Part shown: piece by piece, positions 8,256 through 16,773 of the stretch
How positions within the stretch are numbered: the first letter of the stretch is position 1
Layout of the letters: every line of letters begins with the position of its first letter
Position numbers and translations under genes: made by a program
Assembly (NCBI RefSeq): GCF_003010495.1
Contig: NZ_CP027570.1
Coordinates: forward strand, 1,950,001 to 1,982,000
DNA length: 32,000 nt
Source of the DNA: Megasphaera elsdenii DSM 20460
GTDB lineage: Bacteria > Bacillota > Negativicutes > Veillonellales > Megasphaeraceae
Direction: 5' to 3'
Notes under the pieces: model-generated
What the model was told of the DNA's origin: nothing
The model's database searches: none
Seen by the model: the letters and a program-made list of their open reading frames with translations, nothing else

Positions 8256-9416
8256 ATGAAAAAATCTAATTGCCTGGCCATGATTCTGGCCGGCGGGAAA
8301 GGGAGCCGTCTGGGCGTCCTGACCAAAGATCAGGCTAAACCGGGCCTCTTGTTCGGCGGAAAATACCGCATCATCGACTTCCCCTTGAGTAACTGCCGCA
8401 ATTCCGGCATCGATACGGTCGGTATCCTGACCCAGTACCAGCCGCTGGAACTGAACTGGTATATCGGCAACGGCAGTTCGTGGAACCTCGACTCGACCAA
8501 GGGCGGGACCTATGTCCTGCCGCCATATCAGAGCGACGGCGGCTCCAACTGGTATCGCGGCACGGCCGATGCCATCTATCAGAACCTGAACTTCGTGGAA
8601 ATGGTCGGCGACGATTACGTCCTCATCCTGTCCGGCGACCACATCTATTCCATGGACTACGACAAGATGCTTAATTTCCACAAGAAACATCACGCCAAGG
8701 CCACTATCGGCACGATCCGCGTCCCCTGGGATGAAGCCAGCCGCTTCGGCATCATGGTAGCCGACGAAAACATGCGCATCACCAAGTTCCAGGAAAAACC
8801 GGCCAAACCGGAAAGCAACCTGGCTTCCATGGGCATTTACATCTTCGACCGGGACGTCCTGGAATCGTACCTCAAAGCCGACGCCAAAGATGAAAAATCG
8901 GAACACGACTTCGGCAAGAACGTCATCCCGGCCATGCTGGGCGACAAGATTCCCCTCTATGCCTATCCCTTTGAAGGCTACTGGAAGGACGTCGGCACCA
9001 TCGACAGCCTGTGGCAGGCCAACATGGACCTCATCGCCGACGAACCGCCTATCGACCTGCGCGACAGCCATTGGCGCATCTACTCGGGCAACCAGAGTTT
9101 CCCGCCGCACCTCATCGGTCCCAAGGGCTCGGCCAAGAGTTCCCTCATCGCCGAAGGTTCGGAAATCTTCGGGACCGTCAGCAATTCGGTCATCTTCTAC
9201 GGCGTCACCATCAAAGAAGGGGCGAAAGTTACGAACTCCGTCATCATGCCGGGGACGGTCGTCGAAGAAAATGCCGTCGTCGACAAGGCTATCCTGGGCG
9301 AACGGTGCCATATCTATCCGGGCGCTGTCCTCCACAATGAAGATGGCTCTGTCGCCGTACTGGGCCGCAAAGGGGAATTGAAACCAGAAAAAGTCACAGC
9401 GAAAGGGGAACACTAG
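8256..9416 (+). CDS. glgC: Glucose-1-phosphate adenylyltransferase, catalytic subunit
   Basis: [45 protein letters not shown] is the canonical GlgC N-terminus. An AAGGAGG RBS is present. Confidence 0.93.
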   Translation: MKKSNCLAMILAGGKGSRLGVLTKDQAKPGLLFGGKYRIIDFPLSNCRNSGIDTVGILTQYQPLELNWYIGNGSSWNLDSTKGGTYVLPPYQSDGGSNWYRGTADAIYQNLNFVEMVGDDYVLILSGDHIYSMDYDKMLNFHKKHHAKATIGTIRVPWDEASRFGIMVADENMRITKFQEKPAKPESNLASMGIYIFDRDVLESYLKADAKDEKSEHDFGKNVIPAMLGDKIPLYAYPFEGYWKDVGTIDSLWQANMDLIADEPPIDLRDSHWRIYSGNQSFPPHLIGPKGSAKSSLIAEGSEIFGTVSNSVIFYGVTIKEGAKVTNSVIMPGTVVEENAVVDKAILGERCHIYPGAVLHNEDGSVAVLGRKGELKPEKVTAKGEH

Positions 9417-9418
9417 TT

Positions 9419-10540
9419 ATGAATAGCAATATGATCGGCCTCATCAATATGCGCGAAGACCATCCCTTGCAGGAAATCAACGACACGCGCCCGTTGTCGA
9501 CGCTGCCCATTGGCGGCAAATACCGCCTCATCGACTTTACGCTTTCCAATATGGTAAACGCCGGCATCGAAAATGTCGGACTCCTGCTCTCCAGCCAGTC
9601 CCGGTCGGTACTGGACCACATCCGGTCCGGCAAGGAATGGGGCCTGGCCCACAAGGGCGACGGTTTGTTCTACCTGCCGGAAGAACGGGCAGACATCGAA
9701 CATCCCGTAGAAGGGGACATCGCCGCGTATTATAAGAACCTGGTCTTCGTCAAACGGGCTAACAAGCGCTACGTTCTCTTGTCGGGCTGTGACATGGTCC
9801 AGAACATCGACTACGACGAAGTCCTCCATTTCCACCGCCATCACAATGCCGATGTCACCCTCATCTACCAGCAGCAGAAGTATGACTTCGACCGCGAAGG
9901 CTATATTCTGACCATCGATGACGTCTGCAAGGACCGGGTCCTGTCCATCGAAGCCAAGCCGGAAGTCAAGGCCGGGGATAACTTATACCAGCGGGGAATC
10001 CTCATCGACTGCGACGTATTCCAACATTGCATACGCCGGGCCTATGCCCAGGGATATAACCACTTTATTACGGATGTACTCCAGCGGAATGTAGACCGTC
10101 TGCGGATTTTCGGCTATAATTATCAAGGATATGCAAAACGGATTGATTCTGTTCATTCCTACTTCCAGGTCAACATGGACCTGCGCGACAGCCGCATCTG
10201 GCATGAACTGCTCCTGAAAGACAAGGACCATCGTATCTATACCAAGATCAAGGATGAAGCGCCGGCCAAGTACATGGAAGAATCGCATGTCACCAATTCT
10301 CTCGTAGCTAATGGCTGTATCATCGAAGGCCGCGTAGAGAATTCGATTCTTTTCCGCCGAGTCAAGGTGGGAAAGAATGCTGTCATTCGCAACAGTATCA
10401 TCATGCAGCACTCGGTCGTCGGCGATGACGCCCAGCTCGACTACGTCGTATGCGATAAGAATACGATCATCCAGCCGGAAGCCGTATTGAGCGGCAGCCA
10501 CGACAACCCGTTGTGCATTGGTAAACGTTCAGTCCGCTGA
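9419..10540 (+). CDS. glgD: Glucose-1-phosphate adenylyltransferase, GlgD subunit
   Basis: It is a GlgC paralog lacking the GGxGxR motif (LPIGGKYRLIDFTLSNMVNAGI). It lies immediately after glgC, as in Bacillota. Confidence 0.88.
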   Translation: MNSNMIGLINMREDHPLQEINDTRPLSTLPIGGKYRLIDFTLSNMVNAGIENVGLLLSSQSRSVLDHIRSGKEWGLAHKGDGLFYLPEERADIEHPVEGDIAAYYKNLVFVKRANKRYVLLSGCDMVQNIDYDEVLHFHRHHNADVTLIYQQQKYDFDREGYILTIDDVCKDRVLSIEAKPEVKAGDNLYQRGILIDCDVFQHCIRRAYAQGYNHFITDVLQRNVDRLRIFGYNYQGYAKRIDSVHSYFQVNMDLRDSRIWHELLLKDKDHRIYTKIKDEAPAKYMEESHVTNSLVANGCIIEGRVENSILFRRVKVGKNAVIRNSIIMQHSVVGDDAQLDYVVCDKNTIIQPEAVLSGSHDNPLCIGKRSVR

Positions 10541-10568
10541 ACGCGACTACAAAGGGGTTAGAGACAAT

Positions 10569-12998
10569 ATGAAAAAATGGCAGGATAAGGAAGAATTCAA
10601 AAAGTTATTTACCGAGAAAGCTCACATTTTGTGGGAAAAAGATCTGCGGGACATGACCTTGAATGAAGTCTATCAGACCATCGCCTACATGATCCGCGAT
10701 CTGGTAAGTGAAGATTGGATCCGCACGAATGAAATCTATGCCGAACAGAAGGTCAAACAAGTCTATTATTTCTCCATCGAATTTCTCATCGGCCGCCTTT
10801 TGGAATCGAATCTCCTGGGCATCGATATGGACGACATCTGTCGCCAGGGCCTGGAAGATCTGGGCTGGGACCTGGATAAGGTCATCCCGGCCGAACGCGA
10901 TCCGGGTCTGGGGAATGGGGGACTGGGGCGGCTGGCTGCCTGCTTCATCGACTCCCTGGCGGCGCTGCAGCTGCCGGGCCATGGCAACAGCATCCGCTAT
11001 CAGTACGGCTTGTTCAACCAGCGCATCGTCGACAACCAGCAGGTAGAACTGCCTGACAACTGGCTGGTCAACGGCTATCCCTGGGAAGTCAAGAAAGTCG
11101 ACAAGGCTGTCTATGTCCGCTTCGGCGGCAATGCCTACATGCGCCCTGACGAAGACGGCAGCCTGGAATGTGTCCACGAAAAGTATTCGTCTGTCCGCGC
11201 CGTCCCGTATGATGTGCCCATCATCGGCTATCACAACAACACGGTCAACACGCTGCGCCTGTGGCGCGCTGAATACTCGCGGGAACAGCTCTACCAGGAA
11301 CTGTCCCTCGGCGACCGGCGCCGGGCCTTCCGCTATAAGGATAGCGTCCAGCAGATTTCCCGTTTCCTCTATCCTGACGACAGCAATGAAGACGGCCGCC
11401 GCCTGCGCCTGATGCAGGAATACTTCTTTGTATCGGCCGGCCTCCAGAGCATCGTCCGCCATTATAAGAAGAAATACCACGAAAGTATCTATAAATTCGA
11501 CCGCTATGTGGCCATCCACATCAACGACACCCATCCGGCCCTGGTCATCCCGGAACTGATGCGCATCCTCATGGATGAAGAAGGCGTGTCCTGGGATGCG
11601 GCTTGGAACATCACCGTCCGCACCGTAGCCTATACGAACCATACGATTCTGCCGGAAGCCATGGAAAAATGGTCCATCCCGATGTTCAAGGAACTGCTAC
11701 CGCGCATTTACCTCATCGTCGAAGAAATCAACAACCGCTGGCTCAAAGAAGTCCGCAGCCTCTATCCCGGCGATGAATCGAGGGCCCGCGACGTCGCCGT
11801 CCTCTGGGATGGACAGGTCCACATGGCCCATCTGGCCGTCCTCGGCAGCCACAGCGTCAACGGTGTCGCCGAAATCCATTCGCAGATCCTCAAGGATTCG
11901 ACGCTGCACCAGTTCTATACGTGCTTCCCGCACCGCTTCTCCAATAAGACCAACGGCATTTCCCATCGCCGCTGGCTCATCGAAGCCAATCCGCAACTGG
12001 CCTCGCTCATCGACGAAGCCATCGGGGACGGCTGGCGCCGGACGCCGTCGAAGCTCCAGGACCTCATGCCTTTTGCCGATGACCCGTCCTTCCAGGAACA
12101 GCTGACGCGGGTCAAGAAGGAACGCAAGGATATCCTGGCCCGTTACATCCGCGACCGCTATGATACGGACGTGCGGACGGACTCGATCTTCGACATCCAG
12201 ATCAAGCGCATCCACTTGTATAAGCGCCAGACCCTGAACATCCTTCACATCCTTCACCTGTATTACCTCTTGAAGGATAACCCGAAACTCAAGATTACAC
12301 CGCGGACCTTCCTCTTTGGCGGCAAGGCCGCTGCCGGCTACGGCGAAGCCAAGGAAACGATCCGCCTCATCAACGTCGTCGCCCATATGGTCAACTCCGA
12401 CCGCCGGATCAGCAAGCAGATGAAGGTCCTGTTCCTGGAAAACTACAACGTGTCCTTAGGGCAGCTCCTCTTCCCGGCAGCCGACGTGAGCGAACAGATT
12501 TCGACAGCCGGCAAGGAAGCGTCGGGGACGGGCAACATGAAGTTCATGATGAACGGGGCCATCACCTTGGGGACCCTGGACGGGGCCAACGTCGAAATCC
12601 ACCGGAAGGTCGGCGACGAAAACTGCGTCATCTTCGGCTTGCGGGCTGATGAAGTCATGAATTACTACATCCACGGCGGCTACTCGTCGTGGCAGATGTA
12701 CAGCGGCGACGCCGACATCCGCCGCCTCATGGATGCCCTCGTCGACGGCTCCATCAGCGGCGAACACTTCGGCATGCTCTATTCGTCCTTCCTCGATAAG
12801 AACGATGAATACTTCGTCCTCAAGGACTTCAAATCCTATTGCCAGGCTCAGCAGGAAATCGCCAAGCGCTATGGGAATCATCCGCAGTGGTGTCATTCGA
12901 GCGTCGTCAATATTGCCCAGTCCGGCTATTTCTCCAGTGACCGGACAATTCAGCAGTACGCCGATGACATTTGGCGCATCAAGCCGGTCAAACACTAA
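10569..12998 (+). CDS. glgP: Glycogen/maltodextrin phosphorylase
   Basis: Contains GLGNGGLGRLAACF, the PLP-lysine region EQISTAGKEASGTGNMKFMMNGA, and TNHT. The start is set at ATG 10569 (AAGGGG RBS) rather than the ORF-track start 10518, which overlaps glgD. Confidence 0.92.
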   Translation: MKKWQDKEEFKKLFTEKAHILWEKDLRDMTLNEVYQTIAYMIRDLVSEDWIRTNEIYAEQKVKQVYYFSIEFLIGRLLESNLLGIDMDDICRQGLEDLGWDLDKVIPAERDPGLGNGGLGRLAACFIDSLAALQLPGHGNSIRYQYGLFNQRIVDNQQVELPDNWLVNGYPWEVKKVDKAVYVRFGGNAYMRPDEDGSLECVHEKYSSVRAVPYDVPIIGYHNNTVNTLRLWRAEYSREQLYQELSLGDRRRAFRYKDSVQQISRFLYPDDSNEDGRRLRLMQEYFFVSAGLQSIVRHYKKKYHESIYKFDRYVAIHINDTHPALVIPELMRILMDEEGVSWDAAWNITVRTVAYTNHTILPEAMEKWSIPMFKELLPRIYLIVEEINNRWLKEVRSLYPGDESRARDVAVLWDGQVHMAHLAVLGSHSVNGVAEIHSQILKDSTLHQFYTCFPHRFSNKTNGISHRRWLIEANPQLASLIDEAIGDGWRRTPSKLQDLMPFADDPSFQEQLTRVKKERKDILARYIRDRYDTDVRTDSIFDIQIKRIHLYKRQTLNILHILHLYYLLKDNPKLKITPRTFLFGGKAAAGYGEAKETIRLINVVAHMVNSDRRISKQMKVLFLENYNVSLGQLLFPAADVSEQISTAGKEASGTGNMKFMMNGAITLGTLDGANVEIHRKVGDENCVIFGLRADEVMNYYIHGGYSSWQMYSGDADIRRLMDALVDGSISGEHFGMLYSSFLDKNDEYFVLKDFKSYCQAQQEIAKRYGNHPQWCHSSVVNIAQSGYFSSDRTIQQYADDIWRIKPVKH

Positions 12999-13020
12999 CT
13001 AAGAATCAGGAGGATAAGAT

Positions 13021-15129
13021 ATGAAACTCAGTGCAATCGACGAGTACAGTACCTTCTTGTATCATCAAGGTACGAACTACGCCAGTTATCGTCTGTTTGG
13101 GGCCCATTTCACGGTCCTGCGCCGCAAGCCTTGTGTGCGCTTTGCCGTCTGGGCACCTCATGCGCAGCAGGTCAGCGTCGTCGGTGATTTCAATCACTGG
13201 GATGCTGATGCCAACCCCATGGAACGGAGCAGCTGCGGCAATGGCATTTGGGTTACACATATTGCCGGCCTCCAGGAAGGGGACATCTACAAATACGCCA
13301 TCACGACGGCATCGGGGGAACGCATCTTAAAGAGCGATCCTTACGCCTTCTGGTCGGAAGTACGTCCCAATACGGCATCGAAATTGACGAAACTCCACTA
13401 TGCGTGGCGCGACAAGAAATGGATGGACAGCCGCAGTGCTTACGATTCGTACCGCAAGCCCATGCTGACCTATGAAGTCCATCTCGGCTCGTGGCGCCGC
13501 GATGAAGATGGGGAAATGCTGTCGTACCGCGACATAGCGCCCCAGCTCGTCGATTATGTCAAACAGATGAATTATACCCACATCGAGCTCATGCCGCTGT
13601 GCGAATATCCCTTCGACGGCTCCTGGGGCTATCAGGGGACGGGCTATTTCTCGGCGACCAGCCGCTATGGCAAGCCGGAAGATTTGATGTATCTCGTCGA
13701 CCTGTGCCACCGCAACGGCATCGGCGTCATCCTCGACTGGGTACCGGGTCATTTTTGCCGCGACGCTCACGGCCTGCGCCATTTTGACGGCGATCCGTGC
13801 TATGAATCGGGCAACCCCATGCTGGCTGAAAATAAGGAATGGGACACGATGAATTTCGACTATGGCCGGACGGAAGTCCAGTCCTTCCTCATTTCCAGTG
13901 CCCTCTTCTGGCTCAGCCAGTTCCACATCGACGGCCTGCGCATCGACGCCGTCGCCAACATGCTCTACCTCGATTACGGCCATGCTGACGGCGACTGGCA
14001 GCCCAATAAATACGGCGGCCGGGAAAACCTGGAAGCCATCGAATTCCTGCGCCATCTCAATACGGCCGTCTTCAAGGAATACCCCCAGGCCCTGATGATT
14101 GCCGAAGAATCGTCGGCCTGGCCCCTGGTGACCAAGCCCGTCGACGTCGGCGGCCTGGGATTCAATTACAAATGGAACATGGGCTGGATGAACGATATGC
14201 TCCGCTACATGTCGCTGGACCCGCTGTTCCGCAAGGACAATCACAACCTGATTACCTTTTCGTTATGTTACGCTTTTTCAGAAAACTTCATCCTGCCTTT
14301 GTCGCATGATGAAGTCGTCCACGGCAAACATTCTCTCCTGGACAAGATGCCTGGCGACTACTGGCAGAAATTCGCCGGCCTGCGCGCCTTCTACGGCTAC
14401 TGGATGTCCCATCCGGGCAAGAAGCTCCTGTTCATGGGCAGCGAGTTCGGCCAGTTCATCGAATGGAAATACGATGACAGCCTGGACTGGCACCTCCTCA
14501 AGTATCCCATGCACCAGGCCATGCACGACTACGTGCGCAGCCTGAACACGTACTATGTGGACCATCCGGAATTATGGGAAGAAGACTGCGACTGGTCGGG
14601 CTTCTCGTGGATCAGCTGCGACGACTGCGACAACAGCGTCATCGCCTTTTACCGTACCGGTAAGGACGAATCGGATATGACCGTCGTCGTCTGCAACTTT
14701 ACGCCTGTCGTCCGCCATTCATATCGCTTCGGCGTCCCCCGGAAAGGGACGTACGTCGAAGTCTTCAACAGCGATGCGACGGCCTTTGGCGGGTCCAACG
14801 TCCTCAACGAAGGTGAATTTGAAGCCCAGGATGTGCCCATGCACGGCATGGACCAGTCCCTGGAACTGACCCTGCCGCCGCTGGCGACGATTTACCTGCA
14901 GCTCACTGGAAGTGCTAAAAAAAAAGCAGTGACGAAACGGCGGCGCCGCCGGACGGTGAAAACCGATAAGGCCGCTGACGGGACCGTCAAGAAAACGGCC
15001 AAGGCGCCGGGAAAGAAGGCGACGACCCGTGGAAAAGGGAAAGCCAAAACGGCAGCGTCTGAAAAGAAGACTGCTGCAACGAGAAAGAGAAGACCTGGGC
15101 GTCCTGCCAAAAAGGAAGCAGACGTCTGA
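13021..15129 (+). CDS. glgB: 1,4-alpha-glucan branching enzyme with ~70-aa basic C-terminal extension
   Basis: The GH13 branching-enzyme motifs are present (GVILDWVPGHF, HIDGLRIDAVANMLY, MIAEESSAWP, LPLSHDEVVHGK). A K/R/A/T-rich tail runs from ~14917 to the stop. Confidence 0.92.
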   Translation: MKLSAIDEYSTFLYHQGTNYASYRLFGAHFTVLRRKPCVRFAVWAPHAQQVSVVGDFNHWDADANPMERSSCGNGIWVTHIAGLQEGDIYKYAITTASGERILKSDPYAFWSEVRPNTASKLTKLHYAWRDKKWMDSRSAYDSYRKPMLTYEVHLGSWRRDEDGEMLSYRDIAPQLVDYVKQMNYTHIELMPLCEYPFDGSWGYQGTGYFSATSRYGKPEDLMYLVDLCHRNGIGVILDWVPGHFCRDAHGLRHFDGDPCYESGNPMLAENKEWDTMNFDYGRTEVQSFLISSALFWLSQFHIDGLRIDAVANMLYLDYGHADGDWQPNKYGGRENLEAIEFLRHLNTAVFKEYPQALMIAEESSAWPLVTKPVDVGGLGFNYKWNMGWMNDMLRYMSLDPLFRKDNHNLITFSLCYAFSENFILPLSHDEVVHGKHSLLDKMPGDYWQKFAGLRAFYGYWMSHPGKKLLFMGSEFGQFIEWKYDDSLDWHLLKYPMHQAMHDYVRSLNTYYVDHPELWEEDCDWSGFSWISCDDCDNSVIAFYRTGKDESDMTVVVCNFTPVVRHSYRFGVPRKGTYVEVFNSDATAFGGSNVLNEGEFEAQDVPMHGMDQSLELTLPPLATIYLQLTGSAKKKAVTKRRRRRTVKTDKAADGTVKKTAKAPGKKATTRGKGKAKTAASEKKTAATRKRRPGRPAKKEADV

Positions 15130-15160
15130 TACGGTATATAGGGAAAGTGGGGGATATACG

Positions 15161-16597
15161 ATGAATGTATTATTTGTGGCCTCAGAAGCAGTGCCATTTA
15201 TTAAAACAGGCGGGCTGGCCGATGTCATGGGCGCACTGCCCAAGGCCTTAGCCAAGAAGGGCATGGACGTCCGCCTGGTCATTCCGAAATACAGCCGCAT
15301 CGCCGAAGAAGCGAAGAAGCAGATGAAAGAAGTGACGACAGGCATCGTGAACCTGGCCTGGCGCCAGCTCTACTACGGTGTCGAAGAAATCAAGCAGGAC
15401 GGCGTGACCGTCTATTTCATCGACAACGAATGGTATTTCAAGCGCGATGGCCTCTACGGCTACGGCGATGACGACGAACGCTTCGCCTACTTCTGCCGCG
15501 CCGTCCTGACCATGCTGCCCAAGATTGGCTTCAAGCCGGATATCATCCACTGCAACGACTGGCATACAGGCCTCATGGGGGTCTTCCTCAAAGAAGATTT
15601 CTGGCATGATGATTTCTACAAGGGCATCAAAGTGATCTATACCATTCACAACTTGAAGTACCAAGGCATTTATCCGCCGTCGATCATGCGCGACATCATC
15701 GGCCTGCCGCAGGAACTCTTCGATAAGGGCAACCTGGAATGTGACGGCTGCGTGAACTATATGAAATCGGGCATGGTCTACGCCGACCACATCACGACGG
15801 TCAGCCCGTCGTACGCCCAGGAAATCACCTATCCTTACTTTGGCGAAGGCCTGGATGGCTATATCCGCGACAATGGGGAAAAGGTGACGGGCATCATCAA
15901 CGGCCTCGACGTTGACGTCTATAATCCGGAAACGGACCCGTACATCAAGCGCCAGTATTCCGTCGCCAATGCCCGGGCCGGCAAGCGGGAGAATAAAGAC
16001 GCCCTGCGGGCCGAACTGGGCCTGCGCATCAAGCGCGGCGTCCCCCTGATCGCCATGGTCACGCGCCTCGTCGAAGACAAGGGCCTGGACCTGGTCACGC
16101 GCATCATGGATGAACTCGTCGACGACGACGTCCAGCTGGTCCTGGTCGGCACGGGTGATGCCGGCTATGAAAACGCCTTCCGCGAACTGGCCCGCCGTCA
16201 TCCGACCAAGGTATCGGCGAATATCACCTTCAACGAAGCCCTGGCCCATAAGGTCTATGCCGCTGCCGACATGTTCCTCATGCCATCGCGGTACGAACCG
16301 TGCGGCCTGAGCCAGCTCATCGCCCTGCGCTACGGCGCCATCCCCATCGTTCGTGAAACGGGCGGCCTCAAGGATACGGTCCATCCCTTCGATAAATACA
16401 GCAAACAGGGCAATGGCCTGACCTTCCCGAACTTCAACGCCCATGAACTCCTGTTCACGACGAAACGGGCCATGGGCTACTATGAAGACACGGCCTTGTG
16501 GGATATCCTCGTCCGCAACGCCATGACCAGCGATTACAGCTGGGACCGCTCGGCCGAAGCGTACCTGAATCTGTACAAAAAAGTATTACAACAATAA
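15161..16597 (+). CDS. glgA: Glycogen synthase (ADP-glucose type)
   Basis: MNVLFVASEAVPFIKTGGLADV is the canonical GlgA N-terminus. ATG 15161 is preceded by GGGGGA; the ORF-track start at 15029 would overlap the glgB tail. Confidence 0.93.
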   Translation: MNVLFVASEAVPFIKTGGLADVMGALPKALAKKGMDVRLVIPKYSRIAEEAKKQMKEVTTGIVNLAWRQLYYGVEEIKQDGVTVYFIDNEWYFKRDGLYGYGDDDERFAYFCRAVLTMLPKIGFKPDIIHCNDWHTGLMGVFLKEDFWHDDFYKGIKVIYTIHNLKYQGIYPPSIMRDIIGLPQELFDKGNLECDGCVNYMKSGMVYADHITTVSPSYAQEITYPYFGEGLDGYIRDNGEKVTGIINGLDVDVYNPETDPYIKRQYSVANARAGKRENKDALRAELGLRIKRGVPLIAMVTRLVEDKGLDLVTRIMDELVDDDVQLVLVGTGDAGYENAFRELARRHPTKVSANITFNEALAHKVYAAADMFLMPSRYEPCGLSQLIALRYGAIPIVRETGGLKDTVHPFDKYSKQGNGLTFPNFNAHELLFTTKRAMGYYEDTALWDILVRNAMTSDYSWDRSAEAYLNLYKKVLQQ

Positions 16598-16608
16598 AAT
16601 AGCGTTTT

Positions 16609-16686
16609 TCGTTTGTAGTTCATCGTTCATCGCAGGGAATGTTTTTTAGTTTCTTCGATGAACGACGAACGAACAACGACGAACGA
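16609..16686. repeat. Long imperfect hairpin built from inverted arrays of heptad CGACGAA/GAACGAC
   Basis: The left arm GTTCATCGTTCATCG (16618-16632) pairs 14/15 with the right arm CGATGAACGACGAAC (16656-16670). The right arm continues as GAACGAC GAACGAA CAACGAC GAACGAT at 7-nt period. Confidence 0.75.
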
Positions 16687-16687
16687 T

Positions 16688-16719
16688 AAAGGGCTTGTCG
16701 TTGTCCGGCAGGCCTTTTT
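16688..16719 (+). terminator. Probable rho-independent terminator of the glg operon
   Basis: GGCTTGTCG (16692-16700) pairs with CGGCAGGCC (16706-16714) over 9 bp, including two G-U pairs on the + transcript. TTTTT follows. Confidence 0.6.
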
Positions 16720-16722
16720 GGC

Positions 16723-16760
16723 TAACGGCTAGCCACTAACCACTAGCCACTAATCGCCAC
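16723..16760 (+). repeat. Heptad array, ~5 degenerate units
   Basis: TAACGGC TAGCCAC TAACCAC TAGCCAC TAATCGCCAC lies immediately upstream of the RBS and ATG (16774) of the GH13::GH77 gene. Confidence 0.8.
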
Positions 16761-16773
16761 GAAAGGACCGCTT

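Noticed and set aside
15029-15160. N-terminal extension of glgA (MEKGKPKRQRLKRR...) in the ORF track
   Set aside because: It overlaps the glgB tail in another frame. The canonical GlgA N-terminus MNVLFVASE starts at 15161 with its own RBS.
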